The notes below the pieces were generated by a model. It did not search any database and was not told where the DNA came from. It worked only from the letters and a program-made list of their open reading frames with translations. 64,000 nucleotides of DNA from Cirrosporium novae-zelandiae. Its lineage: Eukaryota. The stretch covers positions 186,001 through 250,000 of the forward strand of contig JAPETS010000026.1 of assembly GCA_026023565.1 (NCBI GenBank). The letters are read 5' to 3'. How positions within the stretch are numbered: position 1 is the stretch's first letter; each line of letters begins with the position of its first letter. Shown piece by piece: positions 12,746 through 25,150 of this stretch. Position numbers and translations under genes: made by a program.

Positions 12746-13765
12746 ATGCCTTCCTTGAGTCCTTCTTTTCTAGCACCCTCTTTGGCTACCTTTCTATGCA
12801 TAATCCTTCTACTAGTGGGTACCATGTTGTCGCCACCTGGCCAAACGCCATCGAATTATCACCGGATGATTCGATACGTATTATCTATGTCCCTTTTCTT
12901 TCTCTCTATTGCACTACTTGTGCTCAACATAATGCGGCCTAGCAAAATTAGCCATGGTAAGAGAGACCTTTTCTCCGCAGTTATGATAATTCTCTGATTG
13001 AGTAGACAATGAAGTCATCCAGCGCCTATATTTTCCATTGCTTCTCTTTTACGTACCACTACTTCTATCTTATGAGCTCGAGCGGTTATGGGAAGGTTTT
13101 GGCCGATCTCATACCTGGTGGATTTTTGTCCCTCTATGTCTTTTGATACTTTTTGAAGTAGTCTGGATTATCCCCAGGTACAGCCATTCCAAATCCCCCT
13201 GTTAAAATGATATCTAATTTGTGTAATAGTGTGGTTACCACCATTTCGCGAAATACTACTCTGACCATGATGATCATTACTTATTATAGCTCATGCCTTA
13301 TTTTATGTATTGGATATTACCTGCTCGTTTCGCAGTTTGTCTCCAGGCCTTCTGGACCTCTTGCTACTACGACAGGTCATAATTTCCGTTTTTTGCTTGG
13401 CAGCATCTGCCTGTGTTTTCTAATTAATTGCCCATCATTATTGTTCTTGGGACTTGGCTGGAAGAATGAAACCAAAGGAGGGCTCATGCAGTCTTTTTCG
13501 GTAAGTTGGAATCCGGATTTTTGAAACTAGAACACTGATAGCTGGGTAATAGATTATACAAATGTGTGCTAGCTTATACGCCACTCGTTTTCCAATTATT
13601 GGATTGTGTGCAAAGGTGAAACTAGTATATGCTAGAACGAGGATGAAAGCAAACAATACCAGCGCGAAAAGGAAGTCAGATGATGGTTTGGAACTTTCAT
13701 GTGTTGGAATTTCTAGAAGTGATGATGAAGCCAGCCTTGTTGCAGATGAATTGGTACTGGCGTGA
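12746..13765 (+). CDS. Orphan 7-transmembrane (GPCR-like) protein, 4 exons
   Basis: Introns ~12957-13004, ~13178-13229 and ~13501-13551 give one frame with seven hydrophobic segments and a polar C-tail. Confidence 0.65.
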
Positions 13766-14336
13766 TCTGCGAAATAATTAAGCTAGCTAGTATGTAGTAT
13801 TACCACAGCATTCTACTCCAATAGCAAGCTCATCGAGATACCCAATACAGATTCCACGGCATATTAAGAGCCGGCCTTCTCCATTATTAGTATGAACCAG
13901 AAAGCCGCACTCATCCCCAACCATTGAATCATGAGTGCATCTGTGTTTATCCAGGCGATATGAATGGATATCTCTTTCCATAGACCACTCGTTCCTTAGT
14001 TCCCGGGGAGACTTTTCACTAGTTATTCTCACGTACCATCTATTTTTTCACATGAACTTCCAGCTCTCCCCTACGCTTGATCAGGATGCCAGGATCTTAG
14101 AACGTGTTGCACCAGAGTGGCCAGAGCTGTAAAATTTGCGGAGGAATGAAGGCGCAGACATCTATATTTGCTTATACACTTAATTAATATCTTTCCCGTC
14201 TAAATTCCCTACTTTGTTTTTAATTTCTGACCTCATTCATTAGGAAGACATAGTTCAAGTTTGATGGAGAGCTCTAACATCATATACTTTCTATACATTT
14301 TTTTTACTAGTATTCTCTTCCATCATCAGATACATT

Positions 14337-14627
14337 TCACCTCTCAATTTTCCCAGCAAGACAAGCCACGCAACGTTCATGGCCACATCTAGTGCATGTT
14401 GCTGATGGTCCTCTGAAACAGCAATCATCTTCTCCTTCTGCGCAGCAATAACCTCTTCTCACTAGTCGTGGCTTTTGAACTACCCAATTTGACTTTGCCT
14501 TCATCCTCTTTTTTGCTTCTTCAATTCGATTTTCAATATCTGTCGTCAAATCCTCATTACTAGGTCGTTTGCCTAACATTGGTTTTGCTGGTGGTACTAG
14601 ATTTGAGATTCCTTGTTGGCTATTCAT
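14337..14627 (-). CDS. Small protein with C-terminal zinc-ribbon-like Cys cluster
   Basis: CC-x6-CC...CTRCGHERCVAC. Confidence 0.55.
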   Translation of the reverse strand: MNSQQGISNLVPPAKPMLGKRPSNEDLTTDIENRIEEAKKRMKAKSNWVVQKPRLVRRGYCCAEGEDDCCFRGPSATCTRCGHERCVACLAGKIER

Positions 14628-15859
14628 TCTTATGCATCAGACCAATCAGAACTTGTTTTTTATTTAATTCGTCTAGGATCTTACCTTGCCATTGATGTTC
14701 CTGCCGCTTTTCGACAAATCCAATCGTATCCTTTCTTTGGAATGCCTGCTTGCATTAGAGCTGTACGAAAATCAAGAGATAAATATACATTGATGATTAG
14801 GAGGAGCTACAATAGTAGAGGGTTTAGCTAGCTGACCTGATAAAGCAGAACGTAAGGAAAGTAATGAAACAGCAAGACCTGATAGGGGAATTTTAGTCTT
14901 ATGACAGTGTTTCCTCGTAGAAAGCGAGAACATGCAGTCTTTTTTATGCTTGAAGGGAGACTATTGGATCTAAATGCGTTTTTGTGAGGTATGAAAGAAT
15001 GTAAAGCTTCCTGGAACGAACCCCAGAGAAAAGTTGATCAAGCTCGTGAAAACAACAAAAGGCTTGAAGCCTACGATGAAGCCATTAACTCCTAACTTAG
15101 AATATCCGAAAAAAGCAGAACTTGCCGTTGAGTTATTCTGCTTCGGATCTGCTTTCGAATGATATCTATAGATGGATCGAGGGTCTAGGCTACAGATGAT
15201 GCGGTTAGGATAACTTCTAGGTCTAAGGATGGTGTTTTAGTTTGCTGATTGTACTAAAAACTTTGTCAACATGTAGCGATGCCCTCTTGCCATACTTTAC
15301 TATTTTGTAATATTCAGCTTCAGAGACCAATTCTTATCTCAATCTCCGTGCAATTACCGAGCTTGTTTTCTATTTACATCTTTAGATGACACATTTCCTA
15401 CAGTACCTTCTCCTTTTGATGTCTGTGATCGCTAGTCAGTCCATGGTCTGGCACTCATCTCTCCGGCAATGCAAAAATCAGATCGTTTTTCTACATTTGC
15501 GGGAAAATTATTGACTCCAAGCGTGGTAAGAATCCTAGCTCAACGCTCAATTCTAAAAAGCCTTGACAACCCAACGGTTCCAGTAGAGCTAAGGTTGTTG
15601 TCTCTCTATCCCTGTCCTTTTGACATCTGAAAGCCCTGGTTCGAAGACGTATTTGGGACATCTATCCATCGAGATCCACTTGTATTCGGAATGCTAGGAA
15701 TATATTACTACACCCAAGCATTAATATTCAAAACAACTCTCCCCTGAATTATTTCGTATTTATTGAATATAAGCCAGCTGGATTCTCCATGATAGGAGAG
15801 ATCAAATTCTCGGCCGAAGGCTTTCTACACAGGTCAGCTCTCAGTATACTCTGGGAAAG

Positions 15860-16754
15860 ATGGATTTCTCTGAAGCAGTTGCCAGTACTCCCACCATTCA
15901 TCTTAACTTGAATCCTACCAATGTCAATGATCCAGTCATTCGTGATATGCCGCAGAAATTCTACATTGAGTTATTTGACGGAAAGAAAGACTCGTATGAT
16001 ACATTAGATTCCATTCTTCAACTTTACTGCTATGTACTTATTGTTTTATAGTGTTGCATCGCACGCAGGTAAATGGCTTAAGATTAAAGAAAATCGCTTG
16101 GAGACTTTAGAAGGCCTTCAATTAAATGAAATGTTTTGCAAACCTGTGGTGGTAGGGAGTATTCTTATAGACTTACGTGCAGGAGGAGAATCACTGGGTC
16201 TTATTCACCCGTAAGACTCCTTTCCATTATAATTGACATATTTTTTATAGAATGATAGGAAATATCTTGGACTTCCAGATAGTAGAGGCAACATATTCTT
16301 GTAAGAATTCAATTCTAGCAAATTTCCTTTCGGATACAACTGATTCAACAGATATATTCTACGAATAGCAGGATACCAGAAGGTAGCAGGATATCAAAAT
16401 CCCACTATTTGGAACTTGCAGAACCCTCGAGCTGTTATTACGAAAACACAGCCGAACTTACAGCAGTTTTGTGCCTTTCTCGAGAGGGAATGCCCTGGGC
16501 CAATAAGACAAGATGAATGGGTCATGAACAGGCTCCAGGATAGTCTCGTTTTGAAAAACATTCCCCCAGACATCGTGGACATCGTCGCCCGGCAAGTCCT
16601 TCAAATTGTGAACGAAGACAACAAAGAGTTTCGTTCCATCAGGTCGAACTACCCAGAACAGCGAAGATATTGGACGGAAGAGGATGGAAAATACACCATG
16701 GTTCAAACTAAAATTGACGAGCTGAACGCCTACTTTTCAGGACAAGCGCTTTAA
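15860..16754 (+). CDS. Hypothetical multi-exon protein
   Basis: Chain of short same-strand ORFs separated by intron-like segments, ending in ORF 16416-16754; start and exact splicing uncertain. Confidence 0.45.
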
Positions 16755-17327
16755 GCAGTAAAAACAATCGACTTCAAAGGATGCTATTGCTGATTTGTTG
16801 TAAATTAATGGTAGATAGATCCAAACTGGTTTAGAGGGTAGTAGTCTGAAAATGACCTGGCATTTGGCTCCTTTGTTCATACATGGTCTTCTGTGATTTC
16901 CTCATCAGATATGCTATTTATGATTTTTCATAATAATGCAAGAACCATTGTTCAATATAACTGTATACACTTGTAGGATACCAAACCATAACCACAGAAA
17001 AGGAATGGCTGAGCCTGAAGAATGTTTAAGGAGCTGTATGGAGCCTGTGTCTAGACTGCTGCACGTTCTATAGTATTTCGTTTTCATTTGATTTTCTTGG
17101 CATATTCTAGTTACTACAGTCCCTTATCTCCTAGACGGAATCGATAGAGTATAAGCTAGAATAATTATAAGTCTTGCATACTTAAAGTGACAGCCTGTGA
17201 GAAGAAGACAAATGAGCTTGACACAGAAAACCAGGCTGAATAGACCTTGGTGCGTTAGATGTATATATAAATCAAGCTGATACTCTCGTGCTAATAACCT
17301 ACATTAGTGATCAAATCTTTTTACAAA

Positions 17328-17753
17328 ATGTCTGCAACCATATTTGCTATCCCTCAAGACCAAATATCCTTGGCTCGTTCGACCACAGAGCACCTTAGCG
17401 GTTCATTCAAACCTCCACCTCTCGCAGAAAATGAAAGGGCTTATGTGACCGCATTTGCAAGTTTGTATACTCTTCAATGCGAGGAGTCCGCGACGTTATC
17501 CTCTCGGTTTGAAAGCGGAATTCGATATGACTACCCCAATCCGAAAGTCGAGTATTTACTCGGTTACAGTCGCCCCCCTTTGGATGCGGAATTATTAATA
17601 TCGGAGACTGCTGCTGGGGTGTCTCCCCCAAAATGCCAACAGGCTATTGTTGGTGACACCAAAAGTTTTAGAGTTGTGATCAAGATCGAAAAAATAGTGA
17701 CGAGAAGGTTTATGCCGGGGGGAGAGGGGGTAGAGAAAGCCACCTGGGAATAA
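17328..17753 (+). CDS. Hypothetical protein (~141 aa)
   Basis: ATG in ACAAAATG context downstream of a TATATAAA box. Confidence 0.5.
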   Translation: MSATIFAIPQDQISLARSTTEHLSGSFKPPPLAENERAYVTAFASLYTLQCEESATLSSRFESGIRYDYPNPKVEYLLGYSRPPLDAELLISETAAGVSPPKCQQAIVGDTKSFRVVIKIEKIVTRRFMPGGEGVEKATWE

Positions 17754-19331
17754 GAGTTTTTGGGATGGGGGTTTTATGGTGGAAGTTCCGCCAAAGTAGA
17801 ATAATGATGGCCAGCCAAAATTAACAGCCTGGAAGAAACGGGGGGGTTAGCCGCCGCCGAATTTATCAGAATCCCCTAATAACTAGCGGATGGTTGATAT
17901 GGACTTTGTCAAAGTGTGCTCAAAAGTTCAGTGGTGAAGGTATGAAAAGGTTTCAATGAGCTTTTACAGCCAGGCAGGAATCAAATACAAATTAGATTAA
18001 AAAATAATCCAAAGAAACAGTATATTGGAGAATACAGAAAGATACGCCTTCGTACAAAAACACGTAGGATCATTCATCCGTTAGACCTTATATATATGAT
18101 TGTCAAAACTCGAAATTATTTGTAACATTCATACCAACTTAGTAACAGGAGCCAGTATAATCATTAACAATTCACCAAGTAAGGCAAAACAATGATGGCC
18201 ATCCCAAATTAATGGCCCAGAGGGAGAAATGTAAGGTTTTGCTGACGCTGGGTTGACCAGGTAGGATCCACTTAAAAAATAGCGTGTAGTCGGACCGTTG
18301 ACATTAATAGCAGTATTTGAGTGGATTGTTAGCCGAAATCTCCAAACTTATTTGGCCAAGTATTCTAACCACAGTAAACCATATCCCATCGTCACTATTC
18401 TTGAATTATTCACCTCTACTGACTTTTCTTGATTATTTGTCCAACGGAAGATTGTCAAATAATCTTTTTAGCAGAGGTATACAAGGGCCAATAGTTGTGG
18501 TTATATTATAAAATACTTTTTTGAAAAACTCGACTAATAATAATAATAGGTCGTTTATTTCCGGGCTTAGCGACAGAAGCCGAGCCGGTACGGATTTTGT
18601 TATAAAACTGATTATAGCAAACTTGATTGACTGCTCTGGAAATAGGACATCTATATAAGATCGAGTCTGCTTTGAGCCTGACTTATATGAAACCTCATTC
18701 CGTAGCTAGGATAAATTATCGCTGATCATACTCAGAGCTCTATATAATCTGGTGATAAATATTCTAGAATACAGCCTTTTATTGGTTATTGATTCTTTAA
18801 CAATATCTGATTTGATCGCGGAAATCCAATGTTCAATCTGCTGCAAAATTAAGAAAGCCAATATTTAGACCACGAAACGCTATTTGATACAAATAATATA
18901 CGACCTAAAGTAAATAAGGTGTACTATATCCGGAAAATCCTCCGAGGCCCTGCAACTAATGTGCAAAGAAACGAACTGAAATAAATTCCTAAAATATATC
19001 AAAAACTATTACTACTTAGCTCCTGCCTGAACCAAAAAAAGAGAAACAAGACGGAAAAATTAAAAAATTGAGGCTCTGATACCTTCATTTCTGGCAAACA
19101 CTCTATCAAGGCAACAAAACGACTGAACTAATTACAAACGCCTTGCCTGCAATTATTTACACCAAAGCCTTATACCTAGAAATTTGAATAATTTTATCTG
19201 CAAATCTAAAAAAACAAGTCCTACCTATTTTTTAAAATATATCATATATTGTTCTTGTATTTTTTATATAGGAATTGAGACTTATAAATATTCTTTGATA
19301 TTTATATTTGAAAGCAGGACGAATTAGTTAT

Positions 19332-21465
19332 ATGGCTGTGCTCCCTAAATTCACAGATATTCTTACTCCGATACCTTTCTACCTTCACATACTAATAAAT
19401 TAAAAATTAGAATTAGTTCAAACAGTTCAAAATAACGAGCAGTGATTCCAAGTATCGAGTTGACTCTCTATCTTGAAATAATTTCTAAATTATGCCGAAT
19501 AGCTCCTAATTCGATATCACTATCAATCTCAGGGAGTAATACAGACGTAGCCGTAAAAGGACTGAACAATTTTAAGACTTCTCCAAATAAAACGATACCG
19601 GAATTAAAAACACCGCTAAAAAGGAAATTGCAGCTTGACTATTCCCCCTTTCGCCGTCCACAGGGCTCAGTCGATTTCATATTTAAGTATCTAAAAATTG
19701 GTCAAAATCACTCTTCGACCTCAAATCAAAATATACCTGATCTCCTTCTTCAACCTGAAACTCGGCCTATTTCCTAAAAGGAGTTGATCAATAAAATTAA
19801 AAATATATCGCTTATTCTTTTAATTATAGTTTACGTATCTATCTAATCATATAAAAAAGTATATATACAGAACTAAATATAATCGAAAAACGATGTATTA
19901 ATATCGATAACGCGCAAACCATAGCTTTTCAGGTAAATAAACCTGGGCTTAACAACGAACAATAGCATATATTAATAATTCTTCATCGTACGCTCCTTGA
20001 TGAATATCACGATTTTTTTTTAGTATCCCAATATCCTTTTGCTGGTCCTGCTTTGCGCAAATTGGCAGCGCAATATAATATGCCAACCAAAATATAGTAT
20101 CGTGGAATATATCCGTTTCTAGAGGTTTTACGCCACAGATTACCCAAATCCTTAGACCATATACTGTCTTTTATTTATTTGGCCTATTCGATAATAGCAT
20201 TTTTATATGAAACGGTCCCTATTTATAAAGATACTTGGATTGAATATCTTGGAGATTTGGGACGTTATCGTATAACTATTGAGGATAATAATATTCATAA
20301 CAAAGAAATATGGACTAAAGTTTCACGTTTTTGGTATTCGAAAACCGCTAATAAGAACCCGAACGTTAACCGTTTTTACTATTATCTTGCTATTCTTGCA
20401 CGGCCTATCGTTTTACAGCAGTTTTATTTCTATACTCGATCTTTAATTTGCGTCTAACTATTCCAAGATACCAGAAAAAGCATCCTTATTTTCCTGAATC
20501 CAATATTGGAAGCCAACGAGCCAGCATATTATAGACTGCAACCTATTAAAACCATTTTTATTCGAATTCACGCCATTATATTTATATAAAAATCCGATAA
20601 CGCTTATACGGAAAATATTTCCCAATTTCCACAACTGTTTGACGATTATATCAATAAAGTTAGCGTTAAATTCAAAAAACAAGGTCCTTAGATCGCTGAT
20701 GCAAACCACGCCGTATTTTTCGAGTACGGGCTTTCTAATACTATATTCACACGAGCTTATAATAAATCTTTTGGCCATCAAACCGAATCAATTATTGAAA
20801 TCAAATCCCAACCAGATTCTATTCAACGATCCCTTGGAACAATTCAACGCGCTTCCAGACTAAATTTTAATATTTTTTCTCGTATTCTATTATATATAGG
20901 CGATAAAAACATCTATAATTATTTATATATCATTTTTATATTCTTTTACAGTCTTACTTCGGTTGAAAAAATTATAAAATTGATTGAAATAGATATTCCT
21001 TGGAATACTTTTGTATTTTACTTGAATACGTTGATGACTCCGGGAAAAAAATTTCTCGCCCGTACCCAGAAACCCGGCTTCCTTTTTCCGCAAAATGAAT
21101 TAGAGAGACTATTGCCTGAAAATTATATTATCCGAGACCAGATATAGGCACAATAGTATTTCCCAGGCGACTAGTTCGAAAAGAATGGAAAACCCAAAAT
21201 TGACGAAGAAGAACGTTCTTTTAATCTTCCTTCTATAACAGAACCTCGCCTGGAACGGATCCTATACCTAGCTTTCCGAATTGCCTCTTTCAAGAAATGG
21301 TTGATATACGATAATATTTTGAAACAGTTCTCGGCATATCATCTATTATCCGCCCAAGATACGCACGATTCTGATTCTTAATCCCAGTTTAGCGCCACCG
21401 TGGAAGGGGAAGATAATACCATTATGATAGGGACTGACGAACCTCAACAAGAAGCAGAAGTGTGA
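19332..21465 (+). pseudogene. RIP-inactivated Est1/SMG6-like DNA/RNA-binding domain gene
   Basis: LLQPETRPIS*, LNNEQ*, LHRTLLDEYHDFF, LYETVP..DTWIEYLGDLGRYR, YYYLAILARP; many stops; 5' end uncertain. Confidence 0.8.
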
Positions 21466-21999
21466 AGGCAGCGCTTAATACAGGCAGTGTGGTAGACTAG
21501 TGAGGCAAAGGAATATATAACTAATAGGTACAATGTGCTATTCGCATGCTAGACGCAAGTAATGATGATAGCTTTCGAAGTGCTCCTTCTGTAGATACAA
21601 AAGTCGAACGCTGCCTTGATGAATCAAGCAGCGTTCTCCTACATAAAGGTTTGGCCACGCGCCAAGCCTCGCCTATGCGCCTACGAAGCGCATATGCTTG
21701 GCACGCCGTTACAAGAAGGATCTATCACTCTTTCCCCTATAATTGATACCGGACATACAACCGCTCATATTAAATCAAGCCAGATAAGCATTGAAAAAGA
21801 ACCTCCTCGATCCCGAGATAACGATGGGAACGTGCCAATTATTACTCCGCTTACCATGTCCCGTTTGTATTCTTTCCCTTTTAACCGAGATAATAATTCG
21901 ACGGCAGTCCCACAACCATCCTCACTGGAAACAAGGTGTGATTCGAAGACAATCTCAGAATCCCCCCAAAAATAAGATCTTATCCTAATTTTATTAGCT

Positions 22000-24580
22000 T
22001 TTCAATATAGCGTCAAATCTGCAAGCATCCTTCTCCCCAAAGGGTGGAAACCTTGCTTAGAGTCATGTTGGACATTCTATCTCTCGGTTTTTTCAGGAGT
22101 TCGGCTTCGTACTAAAACTATAGGCGAAAGATACAAGAAACGAAGTATTATATTATCTATCGCTGATATTTAATCGGTATTACTACTTTTAATTAGATAA
22201 GATCGATGGAAATTTGTATTATTATTAAAGCTTCTATATATCATTATTGGAAGGCCGGGGACTGTAACACCCGAGCTCCGCAAATAATGTTCGATGAACC
22301 TCGGCAGGAATAAATCAATCGACTTTCCGTTAAACCAATAAATTAGGCTCTAGCTCCCGAGTAACGGGTAACAACGGCCGCAGATCGGATAATCCGTTCC
22401 GCGGGCAATTACCCGAATCTCGAGCAAATCAGAAACCATATTTAACCGAGATTTTCATTAATTCGCAAACCCTTTTTTAAGCTTCTTATACTTCTAGTTC
22501 CGTTTGGCTATCCGTTATATATTTTCTCAGTACTCTATTTCCTTACAGAGGCCTAGCAATCCTAGTATTATTACTATGATTTCCATCTCACTATCTTTCA
22601 GTCCTTAATTTTATATACAGTGGTACTGATCCCTGATATTGCTGTTTAATACAACAGAATATCGTGGTTATATTTCTTCTCTCTCGCTAACATATATTCT
22701 GTAGTATATAAGGAGTGAGCCTATTTTGCTATATAATAGTCTTTATCAATTTTATATATAATACAGCTTTAACTCTTTTATAAAATTGCTTCGATACGAA
22801 ATAATTGAGCAGCAATAATAGAAACTATAAACTCAATAATTTTCAATATAACTCTCCAACCGATGAACTCTGCTCCGCGTAGAATGATTGTTTGGGATTT
22901 TAATCCAAGTATATTTTATTTCTCTAACATTTCTACGCCAATTTCCCTGTCCGTTTATCCAATCCCGTATTCAGAAACTGATTTTTTCGTGAATACTGCG
23001 AATATAATAGCCCAGAATAATACTGTTATAGCAGAATATCAATCAATTAAAGAATCAATGATATTTATATCCCCAAACATCATTGGCGGAATTTTATAAA
23101 TATTCGAGACTAAGGACGCAGTAATTTATATTTCTCGACATCTACTATTGAAATACGAAAACCAATCTCCTATTTATTTAATTCCGCCGTAATAGAAGAC
23201 CTATTGGGCCTTTTATATCGACGGAATTTCGATCTATAGGGAAACTCAATTCAATACCGAGGTCGACATATTAATAAAAGTTATTTAATCTAAAATAAAG
23301 TCTGGGAGATCGGCTCCGCAACAAACTATAATAGTTCCACAAACCGATATTCCTTTCAATCCGATTATTCAGGACACTCAAAACTTTACCACCTTCACTC
23401 GATTTCAGAACGATAGAAGGCAAATAAAATATTACTATATATTCTTTAACTGTAATAGAAATTTTTCTCAAAAAACGAAACTGGAGATTCATATACGGGC
23501 GTATATTAGAGAAAGGCCGTATATATATTAACCAAATTTCAGATATTCTAGATCTGGATAGAATAGATTAACTATTCTTTTCCAGTTTTGTAGGGAGCCT
23601 TTTTGCGGACAACGGTTCTCCTAATCCGGAAATTTGAAAGTAAAGACTCTTTGACAGCTCCAAAAATAAAAATACTGCCACTAATCTATATATAATAGAC
23701 ACACGAAAAACGCTATACCGGTGAACGCTCTTATTTCTGTAGAATTTATAGAAAACGGTTTATTTAACGAGGTAATATTCGCGCCTATCATATCATACAC
23801 GAATAGCACAAACCTTTTATATACAAACTCGATAATTGCGGGAAATATTTCATTTAATTAGGCAATCTTAAAGTCATGGCTATCCTATCGAATTATATCC
23901 AGTTTCAAAAACTGACATCCATTGTAATTTTATCAGAACAGATTTTATATGACCATTCTTCAACGTCTCACTTCTAAATTTAAATCTATTAAACCAGGCG
24001 ATAGTCTCTCTGCCCAAAACAAAGAATTCTGGGAATATTTCGTTATATTTTACAAAAACAGCAACAAAGGTATCAAGGGCCGGGGGAAAAAATTGAACCG
24101 TGGAATTAATTAGATTAGATACAATATTAATAAAACTAAATATAATTTTCAACTGCTAGGCAAAATATTCTGCTTACAATACTATTTTACAGATTTGACA
24201 CTTCTTTAAGTGGGAGAGAAGAAGTCTGGAAGCAGAAATTCAAAAGGGAGTCGCGCGACTTTTTAGAAATCTTAGAAAACAGAAACCCTAGGAAAGTAGA
24301 AATCCCAGGATAATAGAAACCCCAAAGCAACAAAAACCTTAAGGCAGAAGAAGTCCTAGGGGGAACACGGAATTAGAAAACCCTTATTACAAATCGCATT
24401 CCTTGGAATACAGAAGAAGGGTGGGGTCAAAGAACCCCTACACCAAAGTGCTGCTCTTGGAGTACAGAAGAAAGGTAGGGCCACAAAGCCCTTGCTCCCA
24501 AATACTGTTCTTGGAGTATAGAAGAAAGGTGGGGTTAATATAAGCGCCGTTCTTGGAATATAGACGAAGGGTAGGGTCAT
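22000..24580 (-). pseudogene. RIP-inactivated gene of unknown family
   Basis: Long minus-strand frame segments punctuated by TAA/TGA/TAG compatible with C>T changes; includes ORF fragments 23271-23492 and 23880-24152. Confidence 0.5.
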
Positions 24581-24582
24581 TA
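24400..24582. repeat. Degenerate tandem repeat, 4 units (spacing 54, 54, 42 bp), core CTTGGARTAYAGAMGAARGGTRGGG
   Basis: Cores begin at 24402, 24456, 24510 and 24552. Confidence 0.8.
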
Positions 24583-25150
24583 TCTTAAAACGCTATATTT
24601 GGAGGCTAGGGGAAAAGGTCGGGTTATAGGAAAAGAGAATCCCTAAAAGAATAGAAAGCAAAACTGAGATTAGAAAATATTACGTGATTTGAAGGTGGGC
24701 GAAGCGCCTATAAAAAATTCTGCTCCAACCAGAGCGAGCGTATAGTAAATATTAAATAAAATAACATTATAAATAAAATATTACCGTAAATATAAAAGTT
24801 AGCCCAATAAAAATCTAAAAATAGTAAATCTTATTCTAAAACGCCGGCGTTTAAGTTGAATATAATATAGTTATTAGGCGGGACTTCAGTTGTAATACCT
24901 CCATTGAATAGTGGCCACCAGCTTTCAAAGTATTGGGTGATAATAGACCCCTATTCTGCTATTGCTTATGTAATACAAAATAGAATAAAATTATATTTTG
25001 ATTAAAACGGCACTTATGTAATTAATGAATGATCCACCACCAAAAATACGCCGTACTACTCTAAAACGGAAACCACTTAAGTACTTGCTACTAACCTCTG
25101 CATTATCGGCATATATGCCTGATCCTAAACTCTTTTACCACTCTTAGCTT

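Noticed and set aside
22000..24200. Possible transposase or HNH nuclease in the RIP block
   Set aside because: No DDE, RT or HNH motif recognisable after manual translation
24400..24582. CRISPR-like repeat/spacer appearance
   Set aside because: Eukaryotic context, degenerate repeats, unequal spacing, no cas genes
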